NCBI GenBank assembly: GCA_963755125.1
Contig: CAVWIP010000010.1
Span: forward strand, 128,001-192,000
Reading direction: 5' to 3'
DNA length: 64,000 nucleotides
Source of the DNA: an uncultured delta proteobacterium
Lineage (GTDB): Bacteria; Myxococcota_A; Polyangia; Fen-1088
Below the pieces are notes generated by a model, which was not told the DNA's origin, did no database searches, and worked only from the letters and a program-made list of their open reading frames with translations. Made by a program: the position numbers and the translations under genes. The first letter of the stretch is position 1. Each line of letters starts with the position of its first letter. This document shows, in pieces, positions 25,673 through 34,238 of this stretch.

Positions 25673-26005
25673 ATGCAAGGTGGTTCAACAGTGGCCACGA
25701 CGGAGTGGATCCCCGTCATGGACGATGCCTCACTGCCCGAGGGTGGCATGCAGCCCGCGTATCCGCGGGGGCTCAACGTGGTGATAGCGCGAGTCGATGG
25801 AATGGTCTACGCGGTCTCCGGCGCGTGCGCGCACATGGGGTGCCCGCTCTTTACCGGCTCCTTGGCCGCCGCGATCCTCATTTGCCCGTGCCACGACTGG
25901 CGCTTCGACGTTCGCACGGGTGAGTTCTTGGATGCGCCGGAAGTCCGACTGACGGTCTACCCCGTGCGAAGCGAGAACGGCAAGCTGTTCATCAATCTCG
26001 GCTGA
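25673..26005 (+). CDS. Rieske [2Fe-2S] ferredoxin
   Basis: CAH...CPCH motifs, FDVRTG. Confidence 0.9.
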   Translation: MQGGSTVATTEWIPVMDDASLPEGGMQPAYPRGLNVVIARVDGMVYAVSGACAHMGCPLFTGSLAAAILICPCHDWRFDVRTGEFLDAPEVRLTVYPVRSENGKLFINLG

Positions 26006-26024
26006 TCGGCTGAAAGGGAAAGCG

Positions 26025-26270
26025 ATGCCAAACATCGTCATGTACACGCTGTCGACCTGCCCCTGGTGTAGGAAGACCAAGAACTTCTTCAAGCAGCATG
26101 GCGTGCCGTTCGAGTTCATTGACTACGACCTGGCGGACGAGGCCACTCAGGAGAGAATTATGGCCGAACTGGATGCGCACGGAGCGAACGGTTTCCCATT
26201 CGTGCGCATAGGCGAAACCGTCGTCATGGGCTACAACCCGGGGCGCTACCAAGAGCTCCTCGGGCTTTGA
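26025..26270 (+). CDS. Glutaredoxin/NrdH-like redoxin
   Basis: YTLSTCPWC; GFP cis-Pro motif. Confidence 0.92.
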   Translation: MPNIVMYTLSTCPWCRKTKNFFKQHGVPFEFIDYDLADEATQERIMAELDAHGANGFPFVRIGETVVMGYNPGRYQELLGL

Positions 26271-26282
26271 GAGGAAGCTTCC

Positions 26283-26618
26283 ATGACGGTAGAGACGAGG
26301 AAGCAGGCCCTGCACCATTTCTTTGCCAAGGTGGTCGACCGCCTTGGTTACAAGTTCACTCCCGATGAGGAGCTCAGGGACTTCCTGCTGGAGCAGGAGG
26401 TGTTGCTCGAACAAAAGCACGGTATCCCCTTCTGTCCATGTCAGCCCATCACTCGCGAACGGGCGCACAACATGACGCTCGTGTGTCCGTGCATCCCATT
26501 TCATCGAGCCCACTACGACGCCATGAAACGCTGCTGGTGTGGCCTCTTCGTCCACAAGGACGTCACGGATCCAGATTCGCTGCCGCAGATCCCCGCCTCG
26601 GAGGTGAAACGTGGGTGA
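26283..26618 (+). CDS. Ferredoxin:thioredoxin reductase catalytic subunit-like protein
   Basis: CPC, CPC and CWCGLF motifs in FTR spacing. Confidence 0.9.
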   Translation: MTVETRKQALHHFFAKVVDRLGYKFTPDEELRDFLLEQEVLLEQKHGIPFCPCQPITRERAHNMTLVCPCIPFHRAHYDAMKRCWCGLFVHKDVTDPDSLPQIPASEVKRG

Positions 26619-27006
26619 ACGCTTCGTCTCCGCCATTGATGCCGCGGACCTCGTTCCCGGTGGCATGAAGACCGTTCAGTTGGAGGGACGCGAAATTGTC
26701 GTGTGCAACTGCGAGGGGCGCTTTTTCGCTGTCGAACGGCGGTGCGGGCACATGAACGCGCCGCTCGAGATGGGAACCCTCGTGGGCACCGTCCTTACCT
26801 GCCCCATGCATTGCGCTCAGTTCGACATCGCGACCGGTGAGGCACTTGCAGGTCCCGTCCCCCACGACACGGGCAACGAGCCCGCTCCTGCCAAGCTTGG
26901 GGGTCTGCTCGCGAACATCGGTATGCTGATGGAGCACATCCAAACGCGGGCTATCCGCACCTATGCGACGAAGGTGGAATCGGGGAGGGTCTGGGTCGCC
27001 CTGTAG
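26611..27006 (+). CDS. Rieske [2Fe-2S] ferredoxin
   Basis: CGH...CPMH motifs, FDIATG; overlaps FTR stop. Confidence 0.9.
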   Translation: MGERFVSAIDAADLVPGGMKTVQLEGREIVVCNCEGRFFAVERRCGHMNAPLEMGTLVGTVLTCPMHCAQFDIATGEALAGPVPHDTGNEPAPAKLGGLLANIGMLMEHIQTRAIRTYATKVESGRVWVAL

Positions 27007-27015
27007 CTTGCGATT

Positions 27016-27323
27016 TGCCGCAGCCGACGAAGAGAACTTTCTGATGGCGGTCGATCAGTTGCTTGAGCTCGGTGACGGATTTTGGACTGGCAACGATCAT
27101 GGAACTCCCTTCACGCAGGTGGCGCAGGCCACGCAGCCCTCGGGATCGACCTTGGCCACCTGTCCCGCGATGTCGAGCTTAGCGCGCGAGAGAATGGTCG
27201 CGGCTCGGCCGGCCACCGCCTTGGCGTGCGCGTTGGTCTCGTCGATGAAACGCGGCGAGTGAGCCAGGCCAGCCAAGTACTCGCCCTCGTTGGCCAGATC
27301 CACAGGACGCAGCTTGGGATGCG
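27016..27323 (-). pseudogene. Chimeric remnant: hdrA 3' fragment joined to metV 5' fragment
   Basis: 27016-27108 matches 33666-33758 and 27109-27323 matches 34421-34635 (manual alignment, about 17 substitutions in 308 nt). Confidence 0.92.
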
Positions 27324-27412
27324 GCATTGAAGCTGACGAGCCACGCTGGCACTTTCCTCAACGGGCGTTGCGCTGCCGGCCCTCTGGCGATAAATTCTGA
27401 AGAAGGTCGACC

Positions 27413-27670
27413 GTGGCCCTACCAATCAATAGCGGAGAAGTCGAGAGACTGGCGTACGAGATCGCCGCATACACCGGTGAAAGCGTTCCAGACGCCATTC
27501 GCAACGCTCTTCGCGAGCGCCTGGACCGGCAGAAGGCGCGCGGCAGGCGCGCGTCTTCCTTGCGCCGGCAGTTGCAGGAGATCCGCAAGCGATGCGCAGC
27601 GCTTCCGCGGCTCGACCAGCGAACGGCGGACGAGATCCTTGGATACGATTCTGTCGGACTTCCCCGCTGA
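27413..27670 (+). CDS. vapB: Type II antitoxin, VapB (Rv0623-like)
   Basis: MAL.I...EVERLA.E.A..TGES..DAI..ALRERL; ILGYD..GLP tail; TGATG coupling to vapC. Confidence 0.85.
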   Translation: MALPINSGEVERLAYEIAAYTGESVPDAIRNALRERLDRQKARGRRASSLRRQLQEIRKRCAALPRLDQRTADEILGYDSVGLPR

Positions 27671-27870
27671 TGGTCATCGATACCTCAGCACTCATTGCCA
27701 TACTGAGCGACGAGCCGGAGGCGCCGGGCCTCGAGGCGGCCATCGAAGCAGACTCCGTTCGCTTGCTTTCGGCCGCCAGCCTTGTCGAGGCTTCGATTGT
27801 CATCGAGAGCCGCTACGGCGAGGCAGGCGGTCGCGAATTGGACTTGCTCATTCGCGAAGCGGGCATGGCG
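27670..27870 (+). pseudogene. vapC: VapC PIN toxin, truncated after about 66 codons
   Basis: MVIDTSALIAILSDEPEA...SAASLVEASIV; similarity stops at REAGM where HNH-gene sequence begins; breakpoint approximate. Confidence 0.85.
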
Positions 27871-28631
27871 CAAGCGCCGCCGTCCCCGCACCAACAGAGA
27901 ACGCCGCCCGCGATCACGACGACGTTTCCGCGGAAACGTCCACCCCTTGGCCTTCGCGCGCCGACGCTATGGTCGCAGTTGCCGAGGGCTACCTCGCCGG
28001 CAACATCGGCACTGGCACGGGCGGCGAGCGCTTCCAGGTCATGATTCACGTTGACCAGGACCCGCTCGCGCCCGACGGCGCCCTCGCCGCAACCCTGGAC
28101 GACGGAACCCGCGTTTCCGCGGAAACGTTTCGCCGCATCGCCTGCGACTGCGGCCTGGTGGCCGTGTCTGGCGACGCTGGCGGCGCCCACCAACTGAACA
28201 TCGGCCGCCGCAGCCGCCAGATTCCACCCGCCATTCGTCGCGCCCTGTCGCTGCGCGACCGAGGCTGCCGCTTTCCTGGCTGCACCAACACGCGCTTTCT
28301 GCACGGCCACCACCTGCGCCACTGGCTCCACGGCGGGCAGACGAGCCTGACGAACTTGGTGCAATTGTGTACCGCGCACCACCACCTCGTGCACGAAGGC
28401 GGCTGGAGGGTGGAGCTTGATGCCGACGGCGCGCTGGCCTTCACCGCGCCCGACGGCCGGGCGCTTGCGCCGGAGCCGCCACGCGAAATCGTCGATGATG
28501 CCGTAGCGTTCCTGCGCGAGCGCGCGGCGGATCAGGGGCTGGAACTGGGAGCGGAGACCAACCTGCCGGAGTGGGATGGGAACGTGATCGACTACGACTG
28601 GGCCGTGGGGGCGATGATCGGGATGGGGTGA
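27870..28631 (+). pseudogene. DUF222/HNH endonuclease gene, 5'-truncated
   Basis: RADA, VSAETFRRIACDC, IGRRSRQIPPAIRRAL..RDRGCRFPGC, HHLRHW..GG.T...NLVQLC..HHHLVHEGG. Confidence 0.82.
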
Positions 28632-28709
28632 AGGCAGCATGGGCGCGGCGGGCGAAGGTCGGATTGACCACAAACCCGACGCCGGCAAAGCACTGAGCGT
28701 TGACTCTTC

Positions 28710-29073
28710 ATGCCCTCGGCGAACACAATCCCCCGTATGGCTATGGACAACACCACACCCCAAAGCCAGGTGGCCCCGCCGGACCATGCAGAGACTGCAT
28801 CAGCTGCACCATCCCCACCCGATGGCCTGCTCGGAGTGGCACGACAAACCCTCTCAGCTGATCCTTCTGTGGGCGGTGTCCCCCTGAAGTCCGTGGGCGC
28901 GTCGATATTATTGGAGGACTACAAGCTTTGGCAGCGTGAGCTTGAGAAGCAGGACCGCTGGTTCTCACAGTCGATCTGGACGGTCTTGGCGGGGACCTCC
29001 GCAGGTTTGCTGCTTATTCGATCTCTTCCACTTCCCGAGCGCGCATTCGCCGAGTGCGCCATCGTGGGCGTCG
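28710..29073 (+). pseudogene. 5' part of membrane/transglycosylase-domain gene interrupted by IS21
   Basis: Frame rejoins 31897 in phase when the IS and one TSD are removed (..IVGV|AGLFV..); start could be 28710, 28737 or 28743. Confidence 0.8.
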
Positions 29074-29319
29074 TGTCAATCGCCAGGCCGATGGGGCCAG
29101 GGATTGACGTTTTCGCCAAGGTCATGGGGCCACCCGATCGCCAGGGTGATGGGGCCAGGGTCGCGGGTGATCGGGCCCTGAATCGCCAGGGTCATGGGGC
29201 CAGTCAATCGCCAGGGTCATGGGGCCAACCCGTGACCTAAGCGAAAGCTGACCTGGGCATCGAGGACCGAAGGCAAAACCGACCTTCAGGCGGCCGCGCG
29301 ACGGCCGCCAGGAGGTCAC

Positions 29320-30915
29320 ATGAGCTTTCGGGAGATCACAATGCAAGACGTACGAGAGTTGTTGCGCCGCCACGAGGCGGGGCAAAGTGCGCGCAAGATC
29401 GCGCGCGAATTGGGCATGGATCGCAAGACAGTGGGGCGGTACTTGGAGCAGGCTCGCAGGCTGGAGCCCGCGCTGGCGACGGTGACCGACGATGTCGCTC
29501 TGAGCGTCGGTCACAGGGTGCAAGCGCGGGCACCAGTGGTGCCATCGCAAGCATGGCAGGTACTGGTCAACCGACGAGCGCAGATTGAAGCCTGGCTGGG
29601 GAGCGAGCCGCCGTTGCGGCTGGTGCGCATCCACGAGTTGCTGGCGCGCGAGGGCGTCGAGGTCGGATACACGACCTTGCGGCGGTTCGCCCACCGGGAG
29701 CTGGACTGGCACCAGCGCTCGCCGACGGTGCGGCTCGACGACCCACCCGCGGGGCAGGAAGCACAGGTCGATTTCGGCCTGATGGGGATGGTGACCGACG
29801 CGGAGGGACGGTCGCGACGCCTGTGGGCGCTGATCGTGACGTTGCCGTCGAGTCGGTACATGCACGTGTACCCGAGCTTCACGCAGACGGTGGAGGACGT
29901 CTGCGCAGGGTTGGATGCCGCCTGGCGGTCTTTCGGCGGCATGCCCAAGCACATCATCCTCGACAATGCCTCGGCGATGGTGGTGCGTGCCAGTGCCACC
30001 GACCCGGGGCTCAATCGCGCTTTCCGCGACTACACCGATGCGCGCCAGCTCTTTGCGGACACGGCGCGCGTGCGGCATCCCAAGGACAAGGCCCGCGTCG
30101 AAAATCAGGTACCGTACGTGCGCGAGCGCTGGTTTGCCGGCGAAGCTTTCAGCCCCGACCTTGTGGAGATCCGCCGGCAGGCGGAGGCGTGGTGCCGGGA
30201 GGTGGCGGGTGCGCGCGTGCATGGGACGACAAGGCGTGTGCCGCGCGAGGTGTACGAAGCCGAGGAGCGAGCGCACATGCAGCCAGCACCCGAGGGCGAG
30301 TACGACGTGCCTCACTGGTGCTCTCCCAAAGTGCACCCTGACCACCACGTGCAGGTGCTCAAGGCGCTTTACTCGGTGCCCACGCGCTACATCGGCAAGA
30401 TCGTCGAGGCACGGGCCGACCGCAAGACGGTTCGACTGTATTTGGGGGCCGAGCTGATCAAGGTGCATGCGCGCAAGGCCCCGGGCCAGCGCTCGACCGA
30501 TCCGCAGGACTTCCCGCCAGGGAAGGCGGCGTGGGCGCTGCGCGATGTGGACAGCGTCGTACGCCGAGCCCGTGGGTACGGCGAGAAGGTCGGTCAATTT
30601 GCCCAGCGCCTGCTCGAAGGTCCTGTGCCCTGGCTCAAGCTGCGGCAAGCCTACGGGCTTTTGCGCCTCTGCGAGCGATACGGGCAGGACCGGGTCAATG
30701 CCTTGTGCGAGCGCGCGCTCGCCTTCGATGTGATCGCGGTGCCGCGTATCGAGGGAATGCTCAAGGATGCCCGTCGGACCGAGGAGGCCGCTGTCGCCAC
30801 GGGCCGCGTGATCGTGTTACCCGCACGCTTCGCTCGCGACGCAGCCACTTTCGCCACCCGTGCAACTGTCCCGCCCGATGGCCAGACAAACACGGAGTCG
30901 GGAGGTGAGTCATGA
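29320..30915 (+). CDS. istA: IS21 transposase IstA
   Basis: N-terminal HTH, GQEAQVDFG, DNA, PKDKARVE (DDE), YSVP. Confidence 0.96.
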   Translation: MSFREITMQDVRELLRRHEAGQSARKIARELGMDRKTVGRYLEQARRLEPALATVTDDVALSVGHRVQARAPVVPSQAWQVLVNRRAQIEAWLGSEPPLRLVRIHELLAREGVEVGYTTLRRFAHRELDWHQRSPTVRLDDPPAGQEAQVDFGLMGMVTDAEGRSRRLWALIVTLPSSRYMHVYPSFTQTVEDVCAGLDAAWRSFGGMPKHIILDNASAMVVRASATDPGLNRAFRDYTDARQLFADTARVRHPKDKARVENQVPYVRERWFAGEAFSPDLVEIRRQAEAWCREVAGARVHGTTRRVPREVYEAEERAHMQPAPEGEYDVPHWCSPKVHPDHHVQVLKALYSVPTRYIGKIVEARADRKTVRLYLGAELIKVHARKAPGQRSTDPQDFPPGKAAWALRDVDSVVRRARGYGEKVGQFAQRLLEGPVPWLKLRQAYGLLRLCERYGQDRVNALCERALAFDVIAVPRIEGMLKDARRTEEAAVATGRVIVLPARFARDAATFATRATVPPDGQTNTESGGES

Positions 30916-31742
30916 GTGCCCGCACCATCAGCCCCGACCTGGTCGCCTCGCTCAAGCGGCTCCGCTTGGGCGGCCTCATTCCTACGCTGCCCGAACGCTT
31001 CACCCTCGCGGAAAAGGAGGACACCCCCTACGAGGACCTCCTGCTTCTGCTGCTCACCGACGAGATCTCCCGTCGGGACAGTAACGCCGCCCTCCGTCGT
31101 GCGGACCAGGCCGGCCTCGATCCGGACATGGTGCTTGAGCGGTGGGACAAGACCGCGAAGGTGACCTACGACCGACGGGTGCTCAATGAGCTGGTCTCAC
31201 TCCGCTTTGTCGAGGACCATCGCAACGTCGTGATCCTCGGCCCGGTGGGAGTGGGCAAGACCTTTCTCTCGAACGCGCTCGGGCACCTGTGCTGTCGTGC
31301 CGGCTTCAATGTGCGGCTGTCGCGGGCCGACGCACTCCTGCGCCTCTTCAAGCAGAGCCGCATGGACAATTCCAGGGAAGCCCTGATGACCCAACTGGCC
31401 ACCGTCGACGTGCTCATCATCGACGACTTTGCGCTCGAACCCATGAATCGCGAGGAGAGCCGCGACATCTACCAGCTCTTTGTCGAGCGTAATGCCCGTG
31501 CTTCCACGATTGTGACCAGCAATCGCGACACAGTCGAGTGGATCGCCACTTTCGACGATGCCCTTTTGGCCCAGAGTGCCGTCGATCGTTTCAAGAACAA
31601 CGCCTTCGACCTCGTCGTCGATGGCGAGTCCTATCGGTCACGGCTCAAACCCAGCATCGACAAGCTGCCACCTCCGCCTGCGGCTCCGGTGAAGAAGGTG
31701 CCCATCCATCCGCGTACCAAAGCTGCGGCCCGCCGCCGATGA
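30912..31742 (+). CDS. istB: IS21 helper ATPase IstB
   Basis: GPVGVGKT, LIIDDF, IVTSN, AVDR, GESYR. Confidence 0.96.
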   Translation: MSARTISPDLVASLKRLRLGGLIPTLPERFTLAEKEDTPYEDLLLLLLTDEISRRDSNAALRRADQAGLDPDMVLERWDKTAKVTYDRRVLNELVSLRFVEDHRNVVILGPVGVGKTFLSNALGHLCCRAGFNVRLSRADALLRLFKQSRMDNSREALMTQLATVDVLIIDDFALEPMNREESRDIYQLFVERNARASTIVTSNRDTVEWIATFDDALLAQSAVDRFKNNAFDLVVDGESYRSRLKPSIDKLPPPPAAPVKKVPIHPRTKAAARRR

Positions 31743-31896
31743 CACCACCGCGCACGTCGGGCCCCTGCCGGGGCCCTCCGGGGTCGACCTAAAGGCCAAT
31801 CTGTGGCATGAGATCAGCCGGTCCTTCGATGCCCGTCACCTGGCCCCATGACCCTGGCGAGACGTGGCCCCATCATCCTGGCGAGTGACAGCGTCG

Positions 31897-32954
31897 CGGG
31901 CCTCTTCGTATCGATGTCCGCCGACTTCCTTGTTGGACGGGTCCGCTCCTATCTCATGGTCGCGCGACACGTGGCGGCCGTCCGAGCCGTCACCGGAAGC
32001 ACAGCAATGCTGGGGCTTTCCCAGCGTTTCGCAACACCTGGGGCGCCTCTGCTTTCTGACAGCCCGGAAGCGTTCACGCGAACATGCGTTGCCGGCGCCA
32101 GATCACCCTTTCGTTCCCTGTACGGCATGCACTGGGTCGTCCTCACCTTGCTGTACGTGATGCTCGGATTTGGCCTGCAGTACGACCTGAACTCACTCTT
32201 GTGGACAACGATTAGCGCCGGCTTTGCTGCAGTTCATCTCCTTTCATTCAGTCTGTTGTTCAAGTGGCGAGCGTCCCAAGCCGAAACCGTCGGGGAGTTC
32301 ATCGTCACACTCGCGCGTGACCGCGGGATCGGCGTGGCGCGAGATGGTGAAGCGAGGCTGCTTGGATGGATCGAACGATTCCGGCGGAACAGATCCGTTG
32401 TCGTCGAGGCGGCAGCCGTCGTGCCGGTCCTGATTGAATGGGAGGACCGTCGCTACCGGAGACATTCAGGAATCGACTGGGTTTCAGTGGTCAGCGTACT
32501 CGTGCGAAAACGTCGCCGGGGAGGCGCGACGACAATACCGATGCAGCTGGCCAGACAGCTCATCGCGCGCCCGCACGGCCGCTCACGATTGCGTAGCATC
32601 AAGCGAAAACTGTACGAGGCCTTCCTTGCTCGCTGGCTTATCCGTACTGCGGGGCACGAGACTGTACTGGCTGCGTGGCTAGAATTGATTCCTTTTGGGT
32701 GCACCACGGTTGTCGGCATCCGCGCGGCAGCACATGAGTACTTCGGCAAGACTATCGACGATCTCGACGTGATTGACGGAGTGCTGTTGGCCGAGCGAAT
32801 CAGCATAAGCAGCGGCAGGTTTGACCCTGGTCGCATAGAGCGAGTCATCGGCTGGGCCGTCACCAGGGGCCTCATCCCGGAAGGGCGGCGAACCGAAGCT
32901 CTGCAGCGCGCCGAGAGCATGCGAAAGCGGACGGTCAAGACCGACAATCCATAG
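31897..32954 (+). pseudogene. 3' part of interrupted gene: TM helices plus GT51 transglycosylase domain
   Basis: EDRRYRRHSGID, GGATTIPMQLAR, RKLYE, IPFG, GIRAAAHEYFGK. Confidence 0.82.
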
Positions 32955-33081
32955 GGTTCCTTTGAGCGTCCAGGACCCTCGCGAGGGGCATCCGCGCGAC
33001 CGTCCGTGGAGCACGCCTGGTCAGCTTGTGCTGCGGTTTCCGGCTCTTGACGAGGCTGTATCGAATTTCCCAGCGCCGGAT

Positions 33082-33750
33082 CTAGATCCGGTGCTCCGGC
33101 CGTACGATCTTCCTCGCGCCGCCGTGCCAGGCTTTGCTCCAGTCTTTGGGCGGGTGGATCTTTTCCAGGCGATCGAGCTGGCCGATGGACTGTAGGCGCT
33201 TGAAGATGAGCTGCCAGGCGCAGGGCTTGTCGGCGGACACTTCGCAGCGCTCGCTGGTCGAGCCGCCGCAGGGGCCGTTGAGCATGTGCTTGGCACAACG
33301 GGTGACCGGGCACACGCCGCCGAACTCGGCCAGCATGCACTCGCCGCAGCCAATGCACTTTTCCGTCCAGGTCGCCTGTTCTTCCAGGATGCCGAGGAAC
33401 TGCGTGTTGAGCCCGGGATACACGGGCTTGCCGGGAAAGCGCTCGGCAATGGCCTGCACGCCGGCGGCGCAGCCGAACGACACCACGGCCTGGCTGCGCT
33501 CCACTGCGGGCGCCAGGTCTTTGATGAACTCGTTGTCGCACTGGCGCTCGATGGTGACCTGCTCGATCTCCACCGGCTGCTTGGCCAGCTTGCGCGCCAT
33601 GCGCACGCCGTAGCCGGCGATGCCGACTTCGCGCTCGCCGCCGGCCAGGCACACGGTCACGCAGGTGCCGCAGCCGACAAAGAGAACCTTCTGATGGCGG
33701 TCAATCAGTTGCTTGAGCTCGGTGACGGATTTTGGACTGGCAACGATCAT
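33082..33750 (-). CDS. metV: MetV-like protein (methylene-THF reductase C-terminal/Fe-S domain)
   Basis: GCGTCVTVCLAGG, RQC, CIGCGEC, CPVTRCAKHMLNGPCGG, CEV...CAW. Confidence 0.88.
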   Translation of the reverse strand: MIVASPKSVTELKQLIDRHQKVLFVGCGTCVTVCLAGGEREVGIAGYGVRMARKLAKQPVEIEQVTIERQCDNEFIKDLAPAVERSQAVVSFGCAAGVQAIAERFPGKPVYPGLNTQFLGILEEQATWTEKCIGCGECMLAEFGGVCPVTRCAKHMLNGPCGGSTSERCEVSADKPCAWQLIFKRLQSIGQLDRLEKIHPPKDWSKAWHGGARKIVRPEHRI

Positions 33751-34238
33751 GGAACTCCAACTTTCTGCGCTTGTGTGGTCTCAGGGGCGTCGTGCGCCTT
33801 CAAAGGGTTGGGGCCAAGACCCTCAATCGTCTGGACGATTTCGTTGACCCGCTGGACAAAGGTCGGCGCCATGGCGGCCGACAGGTTCACCATGCGCAAT
33901 CGCTCGCGGCCCACGCCGATCTCGTCGAGCATCTCGCGCAACTGTTCGCTGCGGCGCTTGGCGCGCAGGTTTCCCTCGATGAAGTGGCAGCCGCCTTCCA
34001 GGCAGCCGGCAATCAGCACACCGTCGATACCCTTCTCGAAGGACGCCAGGATGTGCTCGCGCTCGATCTTGCCGGTGCAGGGCACGTGAACCACGCGCAC
34101 GTTGGGCGGATACTGCATGCGCCGCGCGCCCGCCAGGTCAGCGGCGGCATACGCGCAGTAGTTGCAGCAGAAGACGATAATCTCCGGTTTCCACTTGCTG
34201 GCCGTCTGGGGAACCGCGCGGGCTTGAGCCTGGCTCAT
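33747..34238 (-). CDS. mvhD: MvhD/FlxD-type [2Fe-2S] subunit
   Basis: FCCNYCAYAAADLAG, VPCTGK, GCLEGGCHFIEGN. Confidence 0.93.
   Translation of the reverse strand: MSQAQARAVPQTASKWKPEIIVFCCNYCAYAAADLAGARRMQYPPNVRVVHVPCTGKIEREHILASFEKGIDGVLIAGCLEGGCHFIEGNLRAKRRSEQLREMLDEIGVGRERLRMVNLSAAMAPTFVQRVNEIVQTIEGLGPNPLKAHDAPETTQAQKVGVP

Larger units (their letters stand above)
29074..31890 (+). mobile_element. Complete IS21-family insertion sequence (2817 bp)
   Basis: TG...CA ends; 26-bp imperfect terminal IRs (TGTCAATCGCCAGGCCGATGGGGCCA / TGTCACTCGCCAGGATGATGGGGCCA); five TCGCCAGGGTCATGGGGCCA-like repeats at left end and two inverted at right; 6-bp TSD GCGTCG at 29068-29073 and 31891-31896. Confidence 0.97.

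Noticed and set aside
27327..28631. 434-aa ORF as a single intact HNH gene
   Set aside because: Its first ~180 codons are an off-frame read of vapB/vapC; only the 3' part is HNH-like
29074..29230. About 20-bp direct repeats that could suggest a CRISPR array or iterons
   Set aside because: Spacers are short and irregular, and inverted copies occur at the other IS end; these are IS21 terminal repeats
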